From the NCBI GenBank assembly GCA_977017645.1, contig OZ360240.1, forward strand, positions 34,286,001 to 34,350,000: a stretch of 64,000 nt of DNA, in the 5' to 3' direction. This DNA is from Torpedo marmorata. Taxonomy: Eukaryota. Numbering within the stretch: the stretch's first letter is position 1; every line of letters begins with the position of its first letter. The position numbers and the translations under genes were made by a program. Below, in pieces: positions 26,300 through 39,330 of the stretch. Under the pieces are notes generated by a model. That model made no database searches, had not been told where the DNA came from, and saw only the letters and a list, made by a program, of their open reading frames with translations.

Positions 26300-28373
26300 A
26301 TTATATTTAAATGCATTCCGTAGGCTTTTTCTTAAATCTAAAAGAGAGTAATGTCCTTTACAATGAAATTCCTACTTTGTTTTCTCCTTGTTAACCCAAG
26401 AGGCTATTCATCATGAATGCTCCAAGGTAGCATCATTGCCTATTCAGCCATTAGATATGTTATAGCCGAATCTAATCTTGTGCTTGGTCTAGAAATGTAA
26501 TTTCAGAAGTACCGGTAACTTGGTGGAAATTAGGAGCATCTTTGAAGTCAATCACTTAGCCCCTTCCTTAATTCAGTTGCATGGAGATCTTCAGTAATGC
26601 TCTTATATGTTGGCTAACCAAGCCTAGATCCAGGAGGCAGGTTCACGATACAATTAAGAGATATTGGAGAATATGTACTTTGAATTTTAATCCCTCAAAA
26701 TATAAGATTGATCAAAAACCCTTTCATGTTGGTGGTCATGTATATATATCTCATCAATTTATCTCCACCATATAAAAAATACATTGAAATCCATGTGCTG
26801 GAGGGGTTGGATACATATTTTTTAATATTGCATTAAAATTCTAAAATTACACTTGTTAAATCTTTGCTTTCAACACTAGGACTGATTAGATATTTACAAA
26901 ATGCACCTTTCATAATTAATCTTGCTTGAAATAATCACACGTGATTCATACCTGGGTAACACAGAAACTCATCGGAGTTCTCTCAAAGGTTTGATGGCAC
27001 AGAATCAAAATGGCTGGATGTCAGATTCCCTTGAACTTCAAGGAGAAAGTGATCAAGTCAAAACCTTTGCCATCGGAAGGTCACAGGGGTGATATTTGAA
27101 TGCCCTACCTCCCCGGTTCAGGAGGATTATTGGTTGATATATTCTGTTTGATTAATATTTTATTTTTTCTATTCACTGTTTACACTGATTAATTCAATGC
27201 TCAACATTTTAATAAAAAAGTATTTAAAAGGAGAGCAAGTTGGAAGCTAATAATATTACTGCCCATTTTCAACAAGCGTAAAATTAATTTATGTCAAAAA
27301 TGTCAATAAAAAGGCAGTGAGTGCCAAATTTAAATTAAATTTCAGCAAGTCTAAAAAAAGTCTTAAATAAAACTTTCTCACTCAAAGTCTTTGGCAAGCA
27401 TGGTAATGTTTTTAATGCCATAAAGTTAGACTAAATGAAAATGCTTGCGGTCTCTATCTTTGTAATTTTGCTTGTTGTATTTATAATCTATATCTGCAGA
27501 TTAGATGTTCTCAGAGTACCCAACAATATTTTCGTTAGGCATTTCAGATAATAGCAATGACTCTGGTATAGTACATCAGTACTTCACTGACCTTCACATT
27601 TCTTTTCTCTGCCCATGGTTTCATGAGTCCTTCACACTGAGGGCTGTGTCAATTGAACCTATGGTAGGGAGCCAGTGATGTAAAATTTAGATGGAAATGA
27701 ACTCAGACTGCAGATGGAATGACAATCGAACTTTAGCTGCAAAGGGTCAGTGTGATTAAGACTTGAAGACTGAAGTCTGGTCCTGGCTATTTTATTTTCA
27801 TGTCTATTTGTGGTCTAGTTGAGCAATTATGGTGCAATTGTTTGCAAAACCCCACTGATGCATCAGCACCTTTCACAACCAATTGACCACAGCTTCCGGT
27901 TTTATTGGTGCTTGACAGTTGCAATCAAGTTGATCTGTTCTCTCCTAACGCTTCACATCTTACAGAAAGTGAACATGTCATTGAAAGGCACTGAAGAATG
28001 ACACACACAGAAAGAATTTGAAAAAAAATCTATTATATTACAACTGGCCCTAAAGTATGTGCACAATCATCCTGTTCACTTGAAAATCTATTGGGACTCT
28101 GCTTCAGTAATCTTTCCTGGTAACTTAGAGCTCAAGTCTTGTTCTGCTTCCTATGTTAAAATGTTTCCACAGTTGCTTTCCTACTCCAAAGTTTAATGAG
28201 GAATTTGTTTACACACGAAGGTAAGGTATTTGCTGTGAGAGGGAGCACAAATAAAACTGCTTATACTTTGCCAACCAAAGTTTAGAAAGGCACCTTTGAT
28301 TGTTTCAAGTTGATGTGGCCTGTTTTCTTTCTGACCTCTTGAAATAGGATAGCAATTTATGCAAAATTAACTA

Positions 28374-29556
28374 CCGTATATTTTGGCATATAAGTCGACT
28401 CGCGGATAAGTCGACCCCCCCTTTTTCAGCCTCATTTTAATGGTTTTATTGTATATCCGGCATATAAGTCGACCCCCAATTTTCAGGCTGTCCGGGCCTC
28501 CCGGCAACAACCCAAAATTTGTTACAACACCCCAATCGCCAAGTAACAAAGCTGTAAATTAAGCAAGTAAGTAAAAAAAAAAAACAGTAAAAAAAACCTT
28601 TGCTTCTGACCGGGAAGATGCCAAACGGAGCTCGGTCCAAGTCTACAGCTTTGGCTGCAGCCAGAGTCGGCGACGGGCGACTCCATTCTCCACATCGGGT
28701 GCGGTGCTGTCAGCATCGAAGAAGTCGCCTCGCTGCCCAAGTGTGCTCAGTGCAGGAACCACGGCTACGTGTCGGCTCGTGGGCAGGAGCGGGGACCTCG
28801 TTCTCCCGAGCAGGTGCGGCGACCTCGTTCTCCCGAGCAGGTGCGGCGACCTCGTTCTCCCGGGCAGGAGCGGGGACCTCGTTCTCCCGGGCAGGAGCGG
28901 GGACCTCGTTCTCCCGGGCAGGAGCGGGGACCTCGTTCTCCCGGGCAGGTGCGGCGACCTCGTTCTCCCGAGCAGGTGCGGCGACCTCGTTCTCCCGAGC
29001 AGGTGCAGGGACCTCGTTCTCCCGAGCAGGTGCAGGGACCTCGTTCTCCCGAGCAGGTGCAGGGACCTCGTTCTCCCGGGCAGGTGAGGGGACCTCGTTC
29101 TCCCGGGCAGGTGCGGGGACCTCGTTCTCCCGGGCAGGAGCGGTGACCTCAGGCTCCCGGGCAGGAGCGGCGACGTCATTCTCCCGAGCAGGTGCGGGGA
29201 CCTCGTTCTCCCAGGCAGGAGCGGCAACCTCAGGCTCCCCGGTAGGAGGAGGGACCTCGGGCTCTACAATTGTAGAATGTCTGGGTGGTTTATGGCAGCG
29301 CCCGGCGGTGGGGAGGTGTCGGGGAGCAGCGACGTCGGCGGTGGGGAGGTGTCGGGGAGCGGTGGGGAGGTGCTTCCAGCGTCGACCTATACACCAAATC
29401 GGTTTTTCATGGGTGGACTTATACTCCGAATCGGCGTGGAGTAGTTTTTGAGCTGATTTTAAGGTCTCAAAAGTATATCTGGCGTATAAGTCGACCCCTG
29501 TTTTTTGAGAGATTTTTGAGGGTTTCAAGATTCGACTTATACGCCGAAATATACGG
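28374..29556. mobile_element. Non-autonomous Tc1/mariner (Tc2/pogo-type) DNA transposon
   Basis: 25-bp TIRs CCGTATATT(T/C)GGC(A/G)TATAAGTCGA pattern with two CpG-type mismatches; TA on both flanks (28372-3, 29557-8); subterminal ATAAGTCGACCCC repeats; no transposase. Confidence 0.9.
28783..29268. repeat. GC-rich minisatellite, 27-bp unit x about 18
   Basis: Unit GCAGG(A/T)GCGG(G/C)GACCTCGTTCTCCCG(G/A); translates as AGAGTSFSR on + and APARENEVP on -. Confidence 0.95.
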
Positions 29557-29999
29557 TAATTTGTTTTCATTTGACTAACCATTTATTACATGTAAAGTAC
29601 TGTATGCAAAACAGTCAGGTAGAATCAATCTTCTACTTAACAGCCAAACTTATTTTGAAACCAAATCTGAAATCTATAAAGGCAGTGTTTATAATGACAC
29701 CATCCAATAAATGCACTCCTAACTTTCAGCATTTTTTACTCCAGGGTGAACGATTTGTTTATCAACTTTGTCATTCTTTATACTCTTGAAATCATTAATT
29801 GGATTGCCTTTTTGGTTGTGAAACTCCAATGTTCCTGATTTTCAAATGATCCCAATGGTACTATATAAAACATAACATATGTTTTATATTTTATTTTTCA
29901 TGATTATCCCCTACTTATTTCCTGGTAAGACTTTTACAATCACACCAAATCTCTGACCAACCAATTCTCTGGCCATCAATTTACAGTAACCAATTTACA

Positions 30000-30260
30000 G
30001 CAAAGTTCAAAATTCATATTTATTGTCAGAGTATGTACAGGACATCAGATACAACCCTGAGATTCTTTTTTCCTGCAACTGGTTAACAGAGAACCCAGCA
30101 GGTGTCAGGTTAATTGGTTGCAGGTAAATTGGGATGTGGAAGCAAACCAAAGCACCCGCAAGAAACACATGCAGTCACAGGGAGAACATACCAACTTCAT
30201 AGTGTCTTAACCCCCAGGCCAAATTGAATCCAAGTCTCTGGTATTTAGGGCTGGGGCACT
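30000..30260 (-). mobile_element. Rex1-like tail scrap plus degenerate HE1-like SINE
   Basis: TTTATTGTCAGAGTA..ACAACCCTGAGATTC tail; GAAACACATGCAGTCACAGGGAGAACATAC SINE core (reverse). Confidence 0.6.
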
Positions 30261-30359
30261 ACAAACTGCAAGACTCTGCCATCTGGCATTCAAGAAAGGA
30301 TAGAGGCAGAATTTTTTTAATGAGTTTTTCACCAGCATGGGGCATGGCAGCAATTTTTA

Positions 30360-31300
30360 AAAAATCAGTGGATGTATCATATCTCGATTTTGAAAAAGTT
30401 GTTCTGCAAATGGTAGGTTCCTGGGTTTGTGGGAATCCACAAACATGGCTGCAGGATTAGCTAAAGTAGAAGGGATTAGGGATAAACACATTATTTTCAG
30501 GTTGAGAGTTTGTTAGTCTTGGGGTGTCACAAGGATAGGGCTTTGCTCCAATTATATTATTGACTGAGGTCAAGGGACTTCCTTTTTTTTGTATTTGATT
30601 CTGTTATTTATTCCCAATAAATGTGAAGTGTAAGGCAGATGCAGAGACTGAAATGGGATGTTTATTCACGTTGAGCACGTGGACAAGATGAATGGGGAAT
30701 ATTATGGATAAATGCAAGATTAATTGTAAGAGGAAATAGACAAATAGAACTACTTTTAAAGGTCAAACACAATTACATTTCAGAGGCATGCAGGGGACTC
30801 GAGATGCTGGAATCTGAAGCAACAAATAATCTGCTGGAGGAACTCAGCGGGTCGAGCAGCATCAGTGGGAGAAAAAGAATGGTCAGTGTTTTGGACCAAA
30901 ACCTTCATCAAGAGCTTTCCACGTTTCTAGCCTCAAACATTGACCATTATTTTTCTCCCACTATTAAATTTTGTTGTTCAGAGGGATTTTGTTGAGAGGT
31001 CCTTCATGCAAAACATGGAAATTTAGCAAGCAGACGGACAAATAAATTAGGCAGGAAAATAATAAGTGACCTTAAATGCTTGGATGACAGCAATAAGAAG
31101 TCTTGCTCCAAGGTCTGAGAATGTTTGTGATTCTCTAACACAGAGGGCTAATGGATGCTTATCAAGGTTAGCCAAGAATGAAAACAATTATATTTTGGAA
31201 TCAAAGGTTATGAGGATTGACTGGGAAAGTATTGAGTTCAAGTGTTAACCTTACTGAATGTTGGACAGGCTTGATGGGCCCAAGTGGCCTCCTTCATCTA
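30360..31300 (+). mobile_element. Highly degenerate CR1 with Penelope-like scraps (about 30790-30960)
   Basis: VDVSYLDFEK RT motif at 30367; tail GGCTTGATGGGCCAAGTGGCCT at about 31270. Confidence 0.55.
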
Positions 31301-32149
31301 TATTATTTTATATTTTGATTCCAATGTTCCTCATCTTCCCTCACTTGTTACACCTGAATAGTCATTGTCCGATTTGAAAGATGACAATATCCTGGGATTG
31401 GAGGAAAAGGGCTGCTTGAAATGCTTCAATGTTCAGATCTATCTAAATCAGATCTATCTAAATATTTTCTTGACAGCTACACAACAGGTCTGCATTGTCA
31501 TGTAAGATAATAAAATGAACAGGTGTATTAGTTACAGAGAGAACATTAAAGCAGACCGTGGAATTAACACAAGTGGAAAATATCCTCTATTTTAATAATG
31601 TAGTAATCATTATAAAGCCCAGTAATGCAGCATAGCTGTCTTTATTTGTGCTCTGTCTTTGGCCTGCTGATTAATGAAGGAAGTGCACAGTACAATATGC
31701 CCTTCACTGTAACATGGTTTTCAGATTACTCCTGAAGGGAGTATTATAGAGAGGGGTTAGTGTATTGATACATGCTCTGCTGTTGCAAATCATTTGTGAA
31801 GCAATGGAACAATTACTTTCCGCATGACCAGCAGCCTGAAAGCAGCCATGTGTGCTTTTCTGTGAGAAGAACTGACTGTATAGTATTATTCAGGTCACAG
31901 CAAACCTAAACAGCAAAGTATTTAGCAGAACTTCAAATGGTCTGTCAGCTATTTTTGCAAAAATCACTGCACTTCAAAATCAGTTACTTGCAACATTGAA
32001 TAAAAGAGACAGATATTTGAAAAAAACGAGGACCAAACAATGCTAATTCAGCAGGAGCAGGGTCTGTGGTGTACAAGCAGTGGGATCCTTAACATTCGTG
32101 GCAAGATGGACAACAATAACATCGATAAGAAAAGAGAGTAATAAATGGA

Positions 32150-32520
32150 GTAAAACACGAAAGTCTGCACTCGAAGCCTACCCCCCACTTCTGCTAGCCT
32201 ATCCCCCATTCTCCCTCTCTTCCCCATCCCTCTGTTTTCTTTCCTCCAGCTCTCCACCCCCTTCCCTCTCCATTCCAGAGCCATCCCCCCTCCCCCTGTT
32301 TGCTGGTGTGCCCTCCCTCCCCTATCCACCTATTACCTCCTGCCTGTAGGACTGTGCTCCTCCCCCTGCCTCTGCTCCCCCCCCCCCACCAGTTTGTTTG
32401 GGGCATTTTGCTTATACCTTGATGAAGAACACGCCCGAACATTGGTTATGTATCTTTATCTTTGCTCTATTAAGTACACTGTTTGACCTGCTGAGTTTCT
32501 CCAGCATTGTGTTTTTAGAT
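32150..32520 (+). mobile_element. Penelope-like terminal fragment with short inverted 5' piece
   Basis: Same terminal motif as about 5950-6060; TAATAAATGGA duplicated at 32139-32149 and 32521-32531. Confidence 0.75.
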
Positions 32521-32754
32521 TAATAAATGGATTGGTAAAAGGGAATAAAGGGTTATATACCAGGTTAAGGGATGAGTCGAATAAATATTAAGAGTGCTAT
32601 GGAAGGAATAATTAATTAATTAATTAATAGGAAAATAAGCATATTAAGGAAAGGAAGGGAGGAAACTCATAGCAGTATCAGAGAAGGACCAAAAGTGAAA
32701 AAGAATGAAAAGGAAAGGAAAGAGGGTAATGGGTGTCAGTGAAGTAGAAACCAC

Positions 32755-33250
32755 CATCACGTCAACCTTCTACAGGAGCTCTATCACAAGTGTCCTGGTC
32801 GGCTGCATCACAGTGTGGTATGGTTGTGGCAGAGAAATGGATCGGAGGACAATCCACAGGACCATAATAGTGGCATAGAGGATCATTGGAGTCTCTCCCC
32901 CCCATCACCATCGACATGATCTACCGGGATCATTGTCTGAAGAGGGCGCGCAAAATCATTGAGGACCCCTTCCGCCCGCACACAGCATCTTTCAGCTGCT
33001 CCCTTCGGGGAAGAGATACAGGAGTATCAGAGCCAGCACCAATAGCCTGAGGAACAGAGACCCTCATATTTACAAAACAACATTTATTATTTATTTGTAT
33101 ATATATGAATACTTGTCCTGCATATGTATTGTCTGTCGGTATGTGTGTTATGTCTGGTTGTGTGTCTGCGTGTTTTGCACCGAGGACCGGAGAACGCTGT
33201 TTCATCCAGTTGTACTTGAACAATGAGATGACAATAAACGACTTGACTTG
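32755..33250 (+). mobile_element. Rex1/Babar-like LINE 3' fragment (second subfamily)
   Basis: TFYRSSI.SVL.GCITVWYG...RARKIIEDPF.P remnants; tail TGACAATAAAC(GACTT)n. Confidence 0.8.
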
Positions 33251-36200
33251 AAAGAGATGAATCGCTGGTGATAGTTTGGAAAGGAAGATGAGATCATAAG
33301 CTCATGAAGCAGAAAGGAAAGGAGCAGTGATTACAGGTTTGAGATCAGAGAGAACTAGAGGTAAGCTGGGAGGGCCGGACAGGGTGAAAAAGTCATTACA
33401 GAGCCTGACATAGACGGAAGAGGGAAACTGCCAACATCAATTAAGCAGAAGAGGTAACACAAGTTTAAGACTAACAGCACCACACAAATAGATCAGTTTG
33501 AATTGCAGCATATCACAATGAATAGAATTGGGGTAAAAAGCCAGTGGGAGTTGGAGCTGCAGTTTGGAGAGGGAAATAAAACTGTCAGCATAAACTACAG
33601 GGAATTATCGATGACTACAGTTGGGTCCAGGAGGGAAGGGAAGAGCAAGCATTTGGAGGAAAGTTATAACATAATGAATGATCCAATGAGATAAAAGGCA
33701 GTTAGAAAGGAAAGGATAGTTTATGCAACTTTGGGGGTTGGGGGGGTGGTGTTGAGTGCCAATGTGCACCAAGGAGAGGTTGAGATCATCTACATATACA
33801 GAAGGGAAACAAGTTCTACTTAGAAGAAGGGGAGATCTACGGTGACAGCAATGGAAGTGGAGAGAATGCCTGTTGCTGTGAGGTGTTCCAGAGTTAATAG
33901 GCTGGAACAGAGGATCAAATTATGGTCTGGAACTGAGGAGAAACACAGTGAGATAATGTTAAAGGGGAAAGGATTGAGCAAAGGAATCCGAAGAAGCATC
34001 GACCGATGTGCATTGAATGGGAGATCTAAGTTGAAATGAGGATTTGAGACAGGTTTAGGGAAGAAGAGCAAAGGGCCTGCATAGATGAGGAGGATCGTTG
34101 GAGAAAATAGTCCCCTGAACTGAAAGGGATACAGTCCCCATAAGCAGAATCCTGGAGATGGGATACAACAGGAAATTAAAAGGGTGGTGCTGGATACAGA
34201 AGGACATGGCTGCTGTAATTTTTGATGAAGAAATGTTCTGGTTGTCTGGAAAATTCAACTGTCGCATTATTTATCCCTTTAGTGGATTAAGGAGTCTATT
34301 AATTATGAAGCTTTAAAGTGTTTAATTAGAATGCATAATATTTTTATGTAAAGATTCCTGGGGGAACCTGCCCCTGGATTCTCTTTGGAAATGAACCACC
34401 CGTGTTTGTGCCTTCAACATTCAGATTGTCCTTTCTGAGAATTAATTATTTTCCCTCCAGTATAAGTGAATTAATGTGAGCTGTATCCAGAGCTAGTTAC
34501 AAAGCTCATGTTTTCACATGCCATAGGCTTATAATCAGGGATATTTCAGAGCAGTAACCAGCTTTTGGGAGCTCCCAAAGAGTGTTTGCCAGGTTTCTCT
34601 GGTGACAAATTAAAATGACTTAAAGCCAATGGGAGAACGGAGAGAAAGTTTAGGACTGATTAGATTCTGTTGGCTTTAATAGAGCAACCTTCTGGTTTAA
34701 AGGAAATCAAACAAAAATTGAAATGGTGATACTTGGGTGGGCTTAAAATTTTGATTTGGAAGCACACTCCGCTTTAACAGATAGAGCTGCTAGACACTGC
34801 ATATGCCTGCCAGTCTGGGCAACAGATTCTGCCAGATCTGTATCAAATTATTTTGTTGTTTTGAATCTGCATTTTACTTTGTTATAATTCTTGACTACAA
34901 AGTATTAATGAAAACAAGCTGCCATATAAAACCTTTTGCATCAGGTTTGCTTCATCCATTTTCCCCTACTTATTGAAAGTTTCCTGCACCAGGACACACA
35001 ATGCTTCAGTTCTTCTGCAATCATTCCTCATTCAACCTTACATCTCTATGCCATGCATATTTAAATAGGTGTCACTTCCATGTAAACACATACTGTATAC
35101 GTCCACTGTGTAAGCTGTACATCTGAGACTAACTTTACCTGTTACCCTGAATCTTTCTTCAAGCCATTCATAAAAATCAGAACATTCTTTCCAAAACATT
35201 ACATTGAGCCTTTCCTGAATCAAAATGCACTTCAAATAATCTACATACATAATGACATTGATGTGCAAATTGAAATTTCTCCAGTAGTATAATATTGAAA
35301 GAACATAAGAAAAGTTATTATTGAAGTTTTAGATTGGCAATGTATTTAAATTAGCATGGCAATGCCAGCAGATTGTTACTACAATGTCTATTTCCTCGAA
35401 ATATTGTTTTATAGCAATGCTCTTCAGAATTCAGCTTTTGCGGTAACTCATGGGTACCAAAGCATTTATGAGGCATTTTATTTAGTCAGTTATTCAAAGT
35501 CATTTTTCCCCATAAATCAGTTCTCATTGCTTTAGAAATTCAGCATGTGGCATGCGCACCAGCAGAAGTACACTTTGAATCAAAGGGACTGTGACTTCTA
35601 GGGAAGAATGCACTACAAGCAATCACCAAAGTTTTAAAAGTTACGTTAGAGAAGCCCAACAGAACTGATTAAATTTTTGCAACTCGTGAAATGGGATTGT
35701 GCAATACTGCAATTCAGTGCGCGCACACACACGGATATACATAAAACAAGGAATAGCACTCCCTTTTTCAACATAGAGCAGAGGATAATTCTAATCACTA
35801 ATTTGTAGAAACAGTTCAGAAATATTCCCCATAGAACTCTGAGGAAAGATCTCTTAAAACATCAATTGAATCAAAAGAAACCCAAATGCAACTTAAATGT
35901 GCACACTTCTTTCATCTTAATTTTTTTCTTTTGGAAGTATGTGGTGTTTTTTTGCAGGAATTCATTAGTTGCCTAAGCTTCAGTGAAAAAAAATTGCATA
36001 TTGATGGTTGATTAATTTCAGGGTTTGGAAATTAATATAAAATTGATAAGGAGACTTGTTTCGCTAAAAGGGAGAATGAAACATTTATAATTTAAATGGC
36101 AAAAATCCTACTGTTCCAGGGACTTCCATGCTCATGACTGTCATCGTTACCAACTCCCAGAGTATTTCCAGAAAAAACCCACCAAGATAGCAGTGTGTTG

Positions 36201-39200
36201 GATTGGGATTTGCCTCATACACATGTGAAAACTAGTCAAATTAATGACATGCATATACAGTATTTTGTTTTCCCCAACACCCCATCTCTTTCCCCTTGGT
36301 TTTGGTTGTTTTTAGTGATGCCACATTTTAATATCTTGAGTGCTGCACTGATGGGAAGTCTTTAAAATGGTCCATACATTTCTTCATCTGAATTCACTAT
36401 CCAGGGTTTTCTGTGTATTCCCAGTGGCCAATACTACTGAGAATTGCAAAAGCATGCAGAAATACAGAATATTTAATGATTAGCAGTATTTTCTGAATAA
36501 ACTAATAAAGGAGCTCAAAGGATTATTTTTGTGTGTATCTATAGTAACCAAGGTTCTGCCCCAGGCTTTACTTCATCATCTACATTTTACAAAATCTTGC
36601 ATGCTGAAAAGTGTGATGGAAAGCAATTTTTATTTTACTAACTGCAGCATTTTCCAGTAACACCGCTGCAGGGTGCTCCATCGATTTGAGTATGAGAAAT
36701 GCAAATGATTCCACAAGTGACCTCACTTCAGAACCCATGAGAGACGAAGTTCTATTCAGTCCAGTTAGGTCAGGACATGAGCATAAGCTATTGACCTCCG
36801 TAGATGAAGATACTGCTCGCTGCCACACCAGAAAACTGGTCTCATTTTTGTTTTCTTTTTGAAAGATGCTTTCAACAATCTATTTTGATTTGGTGATATT
36901 TTTTACGATCACTTATTTTAATTAACAAAAAAATAAAAGTGTATGTGCAGTTCTATGGAGGCATTGAAGAATTGAGCATTATTAAGTGAAGCTGTCAAAC
37001 ATGTTCCATTGCTATAGGGTAATATTAGGCCACTAAGTACTGATGCATGCTATTCGATTCAGTGCATGTTACTCAGTGGTTGACAGGGCATCTTTCATGA
37101 CATCACTGGTGCAGAGATGTCAGGAAAACACCAGCAAGTGACCCTACAAGAGGGTTCTGTACTTTCTCAGTGAATAGTTTGTCGATCGACTGGTAAATAC
37201 TTGTTTTTTGGAAAAAAAAAAGAGTACATTCTTATGTCCACACTTCCTATTTTAGGGATGGGGATCTATCTGAAAGGGCAAAGTGATAGATGCAGAATCT
37301 ATACTTTTATGGTCACAGATTCTCACAACAGCTTACGTGATGCAAGTGATGAGGACCAGCAAGAAAGAATCCCAGCAAATCAATGAAAATAACCTTCCCA
37401 GCTTTTGGCGTTTCAGAAAATTAAAATTTATTGCAGCAATATCAGAAGACGAGTTTTACATTTGTGAAGTACATGATAGATTTGTTTTTGAAATTGTTTA
37501 CATCATTTGTATATCTAAATGATATGTCATGTAGCAGAATGCCACTGACTGCACAGGAATAAGGTAACAGCTGTGTGAACAGTAGGTAGTGACATTGCAA
37601 TAGCAATTCAATTGTACTCGAAAATAGGTTTGGACAAATAAAAGTATTAATGGCTAAAGTGTTCCATGCTATTTCAGTGCTATCTTCACTTCAAACTAAA
37701 TTGATACTTTTGTTTCAAAAATCTCCTGCCTGCTTCAATTCTGCTCAACATCTAAACTTTTCATGTCAATTTTTCTCCTCCATCATGCTTCATTGTTTTG
37801 ACACATCATCTTTATTCTTCATCTTTTTTTAACCTTTAACACAACTTTTATATTTACAATTGCCTCATCTCAGCAAGGCAGAGAAAATCAAGAATCTTGT
37901 TCGTTCTGAGGTGCTACAATGGATGTTTCTCAATGGCTGAATATAACAGAGAATTTTGGAAGTGAGGTTTGGTGGCGATTTAACAGTTTAAATGGAAGAT
38001 CCTGAACAAGAATGCCAAGGCTCTATACTAAATACTATACTCCTTTGTAAAATAACATCCTATTGTTATTCTTTTTTTACTGAGCTTAACTATTTCACAA
38101 AGAATAATTATCACAAAATATTGGCAAGTCATTGGGATTTTCTTCCCCAAATGTGTGCTGCCGTTTCTTTACTCTGTAGTTTATAAAGTTGTCTAGATAT
38201 TTTCATACATTAAATTGAAAAGCTCTTTAAAACTTTACATATATAAGTTGTGAACCAAGAGTAGGGAGATCATGCACAAAAACCACAGTGAAGGCATTCA
38301 ACACATAGGATAAACAAAACAGATTCAAATGACCACTGCTAAACTCATTGAGCTAATAATATCCGAGCAAATGTTTCACGAGGAAAGCCAGTTTTTAAAC
38401 TGTTTGCAAAGACTGCAAAAAAATCTTTTGCATTGAAGCACTGTTATTGATAGTATTAGTAATTCACCAGATTTAATTCTTGTTGATTTATAATTTTTAA
38501 AATTGCCAGTGCCACGCTGAGGTTGCTGCATATTTAAGAACAAGTGCTCTTGGAGTGCAAAGGGTTAAGTAATGATGGAATGATGGCTTGGTATGGCACT
38601 GTGGAGAGAGAAAGATGGATGCGAGTCCTGTCTAGAAACACTTAATTTATAGAAGAATTAAACTAGCTGAGCAGATGGAAGAAGATACATGAAGACACAA
38701 ACTGCTGCAGCCTTTCCATCCCAGACCATAAATTAGTCTGATAAATGGGAAATTTATGACCTTAAAATATCTACCATCACCTATCGTTTCCCTGGTGCTG
38801 TCACAGTAATACTATGAAATGCAATGGGAACTGCAGAACAAGGAAGGAACTCACTACACCAGAGAATCCCTGGTGGAAAAGCCCAGTTATATGAGAGCAC
38901 AGCTACAGATAAACAGTTGAGTTCAGACATCGAGTCCATTCACATCACAGAGAGCTGCTTGTGTTTTCGGTTTTAAAAATCTGCTTTCTGATAATATCAC
39001 AAGCAAAAGCATTCCAGATCAACCACATGCAAGCAGTCCTCCGTGGTGAAGGGTTGTTAAGACAAACGATGTAAATCTTTTCTCTTCTTGCTCTCTCGCC
39101 GTCTGTACAGCACGGAGAGCGATGCCCAGCACCTTCCCGTAAATAGACAGTGCTTTCAATGCAACAAAAGACCTGGCCCCCATAACGCAAGGGCAAAGCA

Positions 39201-39228
39201 AAGGAGCCCGTTTCAATAAAGCACTTAC

Positions 39229-39330
39229 CTCCTGGAGAAAGAGAAAGGCTGGAGTGCAGGGGATGGTATGAGGGAGCATAGCGGAGTTGGACAGCAGAAT
39301 GCAGCCGGAGTTTGCCATTGAGCAGAGCAT
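39229..39330 (-). CDS. RBFOX3: Alternative N-terminal coding exon of an RNA-binding Fox-1 homolog, most likely RBFOX3 (NeuN)
   Basis: ATG-initiated 34 codons MLCSMANSGCILLSNSAMLPHTIPCTPAFLFLQE followed by consensus phase-0 donor GAG|GTAAGT (39228-39223); resembles, from memory, the MLCSMANSGC.. N-terminus of long RBFOX3 isoforms; CpG-enriched TE-free context. Confidence 0.72.

Noticed and set aside
28783-29268. CRISPR-like regular repeats
   Set aside because: No unique spacers, no cas genes, eukaryotic context; it is a minisatellite
31433-31462. 15-bp tandem duplication TCAGATCTATCTAAA x2
   Set aside because: Ordinary slippage duplication, like the 15-bp one near 23437-23470 in the Rex1 copy
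33300-34200. Purine-rich stretch, possibly an old retroelement
   Set aside because: No diagnostic motif or boundaries identified
39019-39228. Continuation of the 103-aa ORF beyond FLFLQE
   Set aside because: It lies after a consensus splice donor, so it is intron read-through
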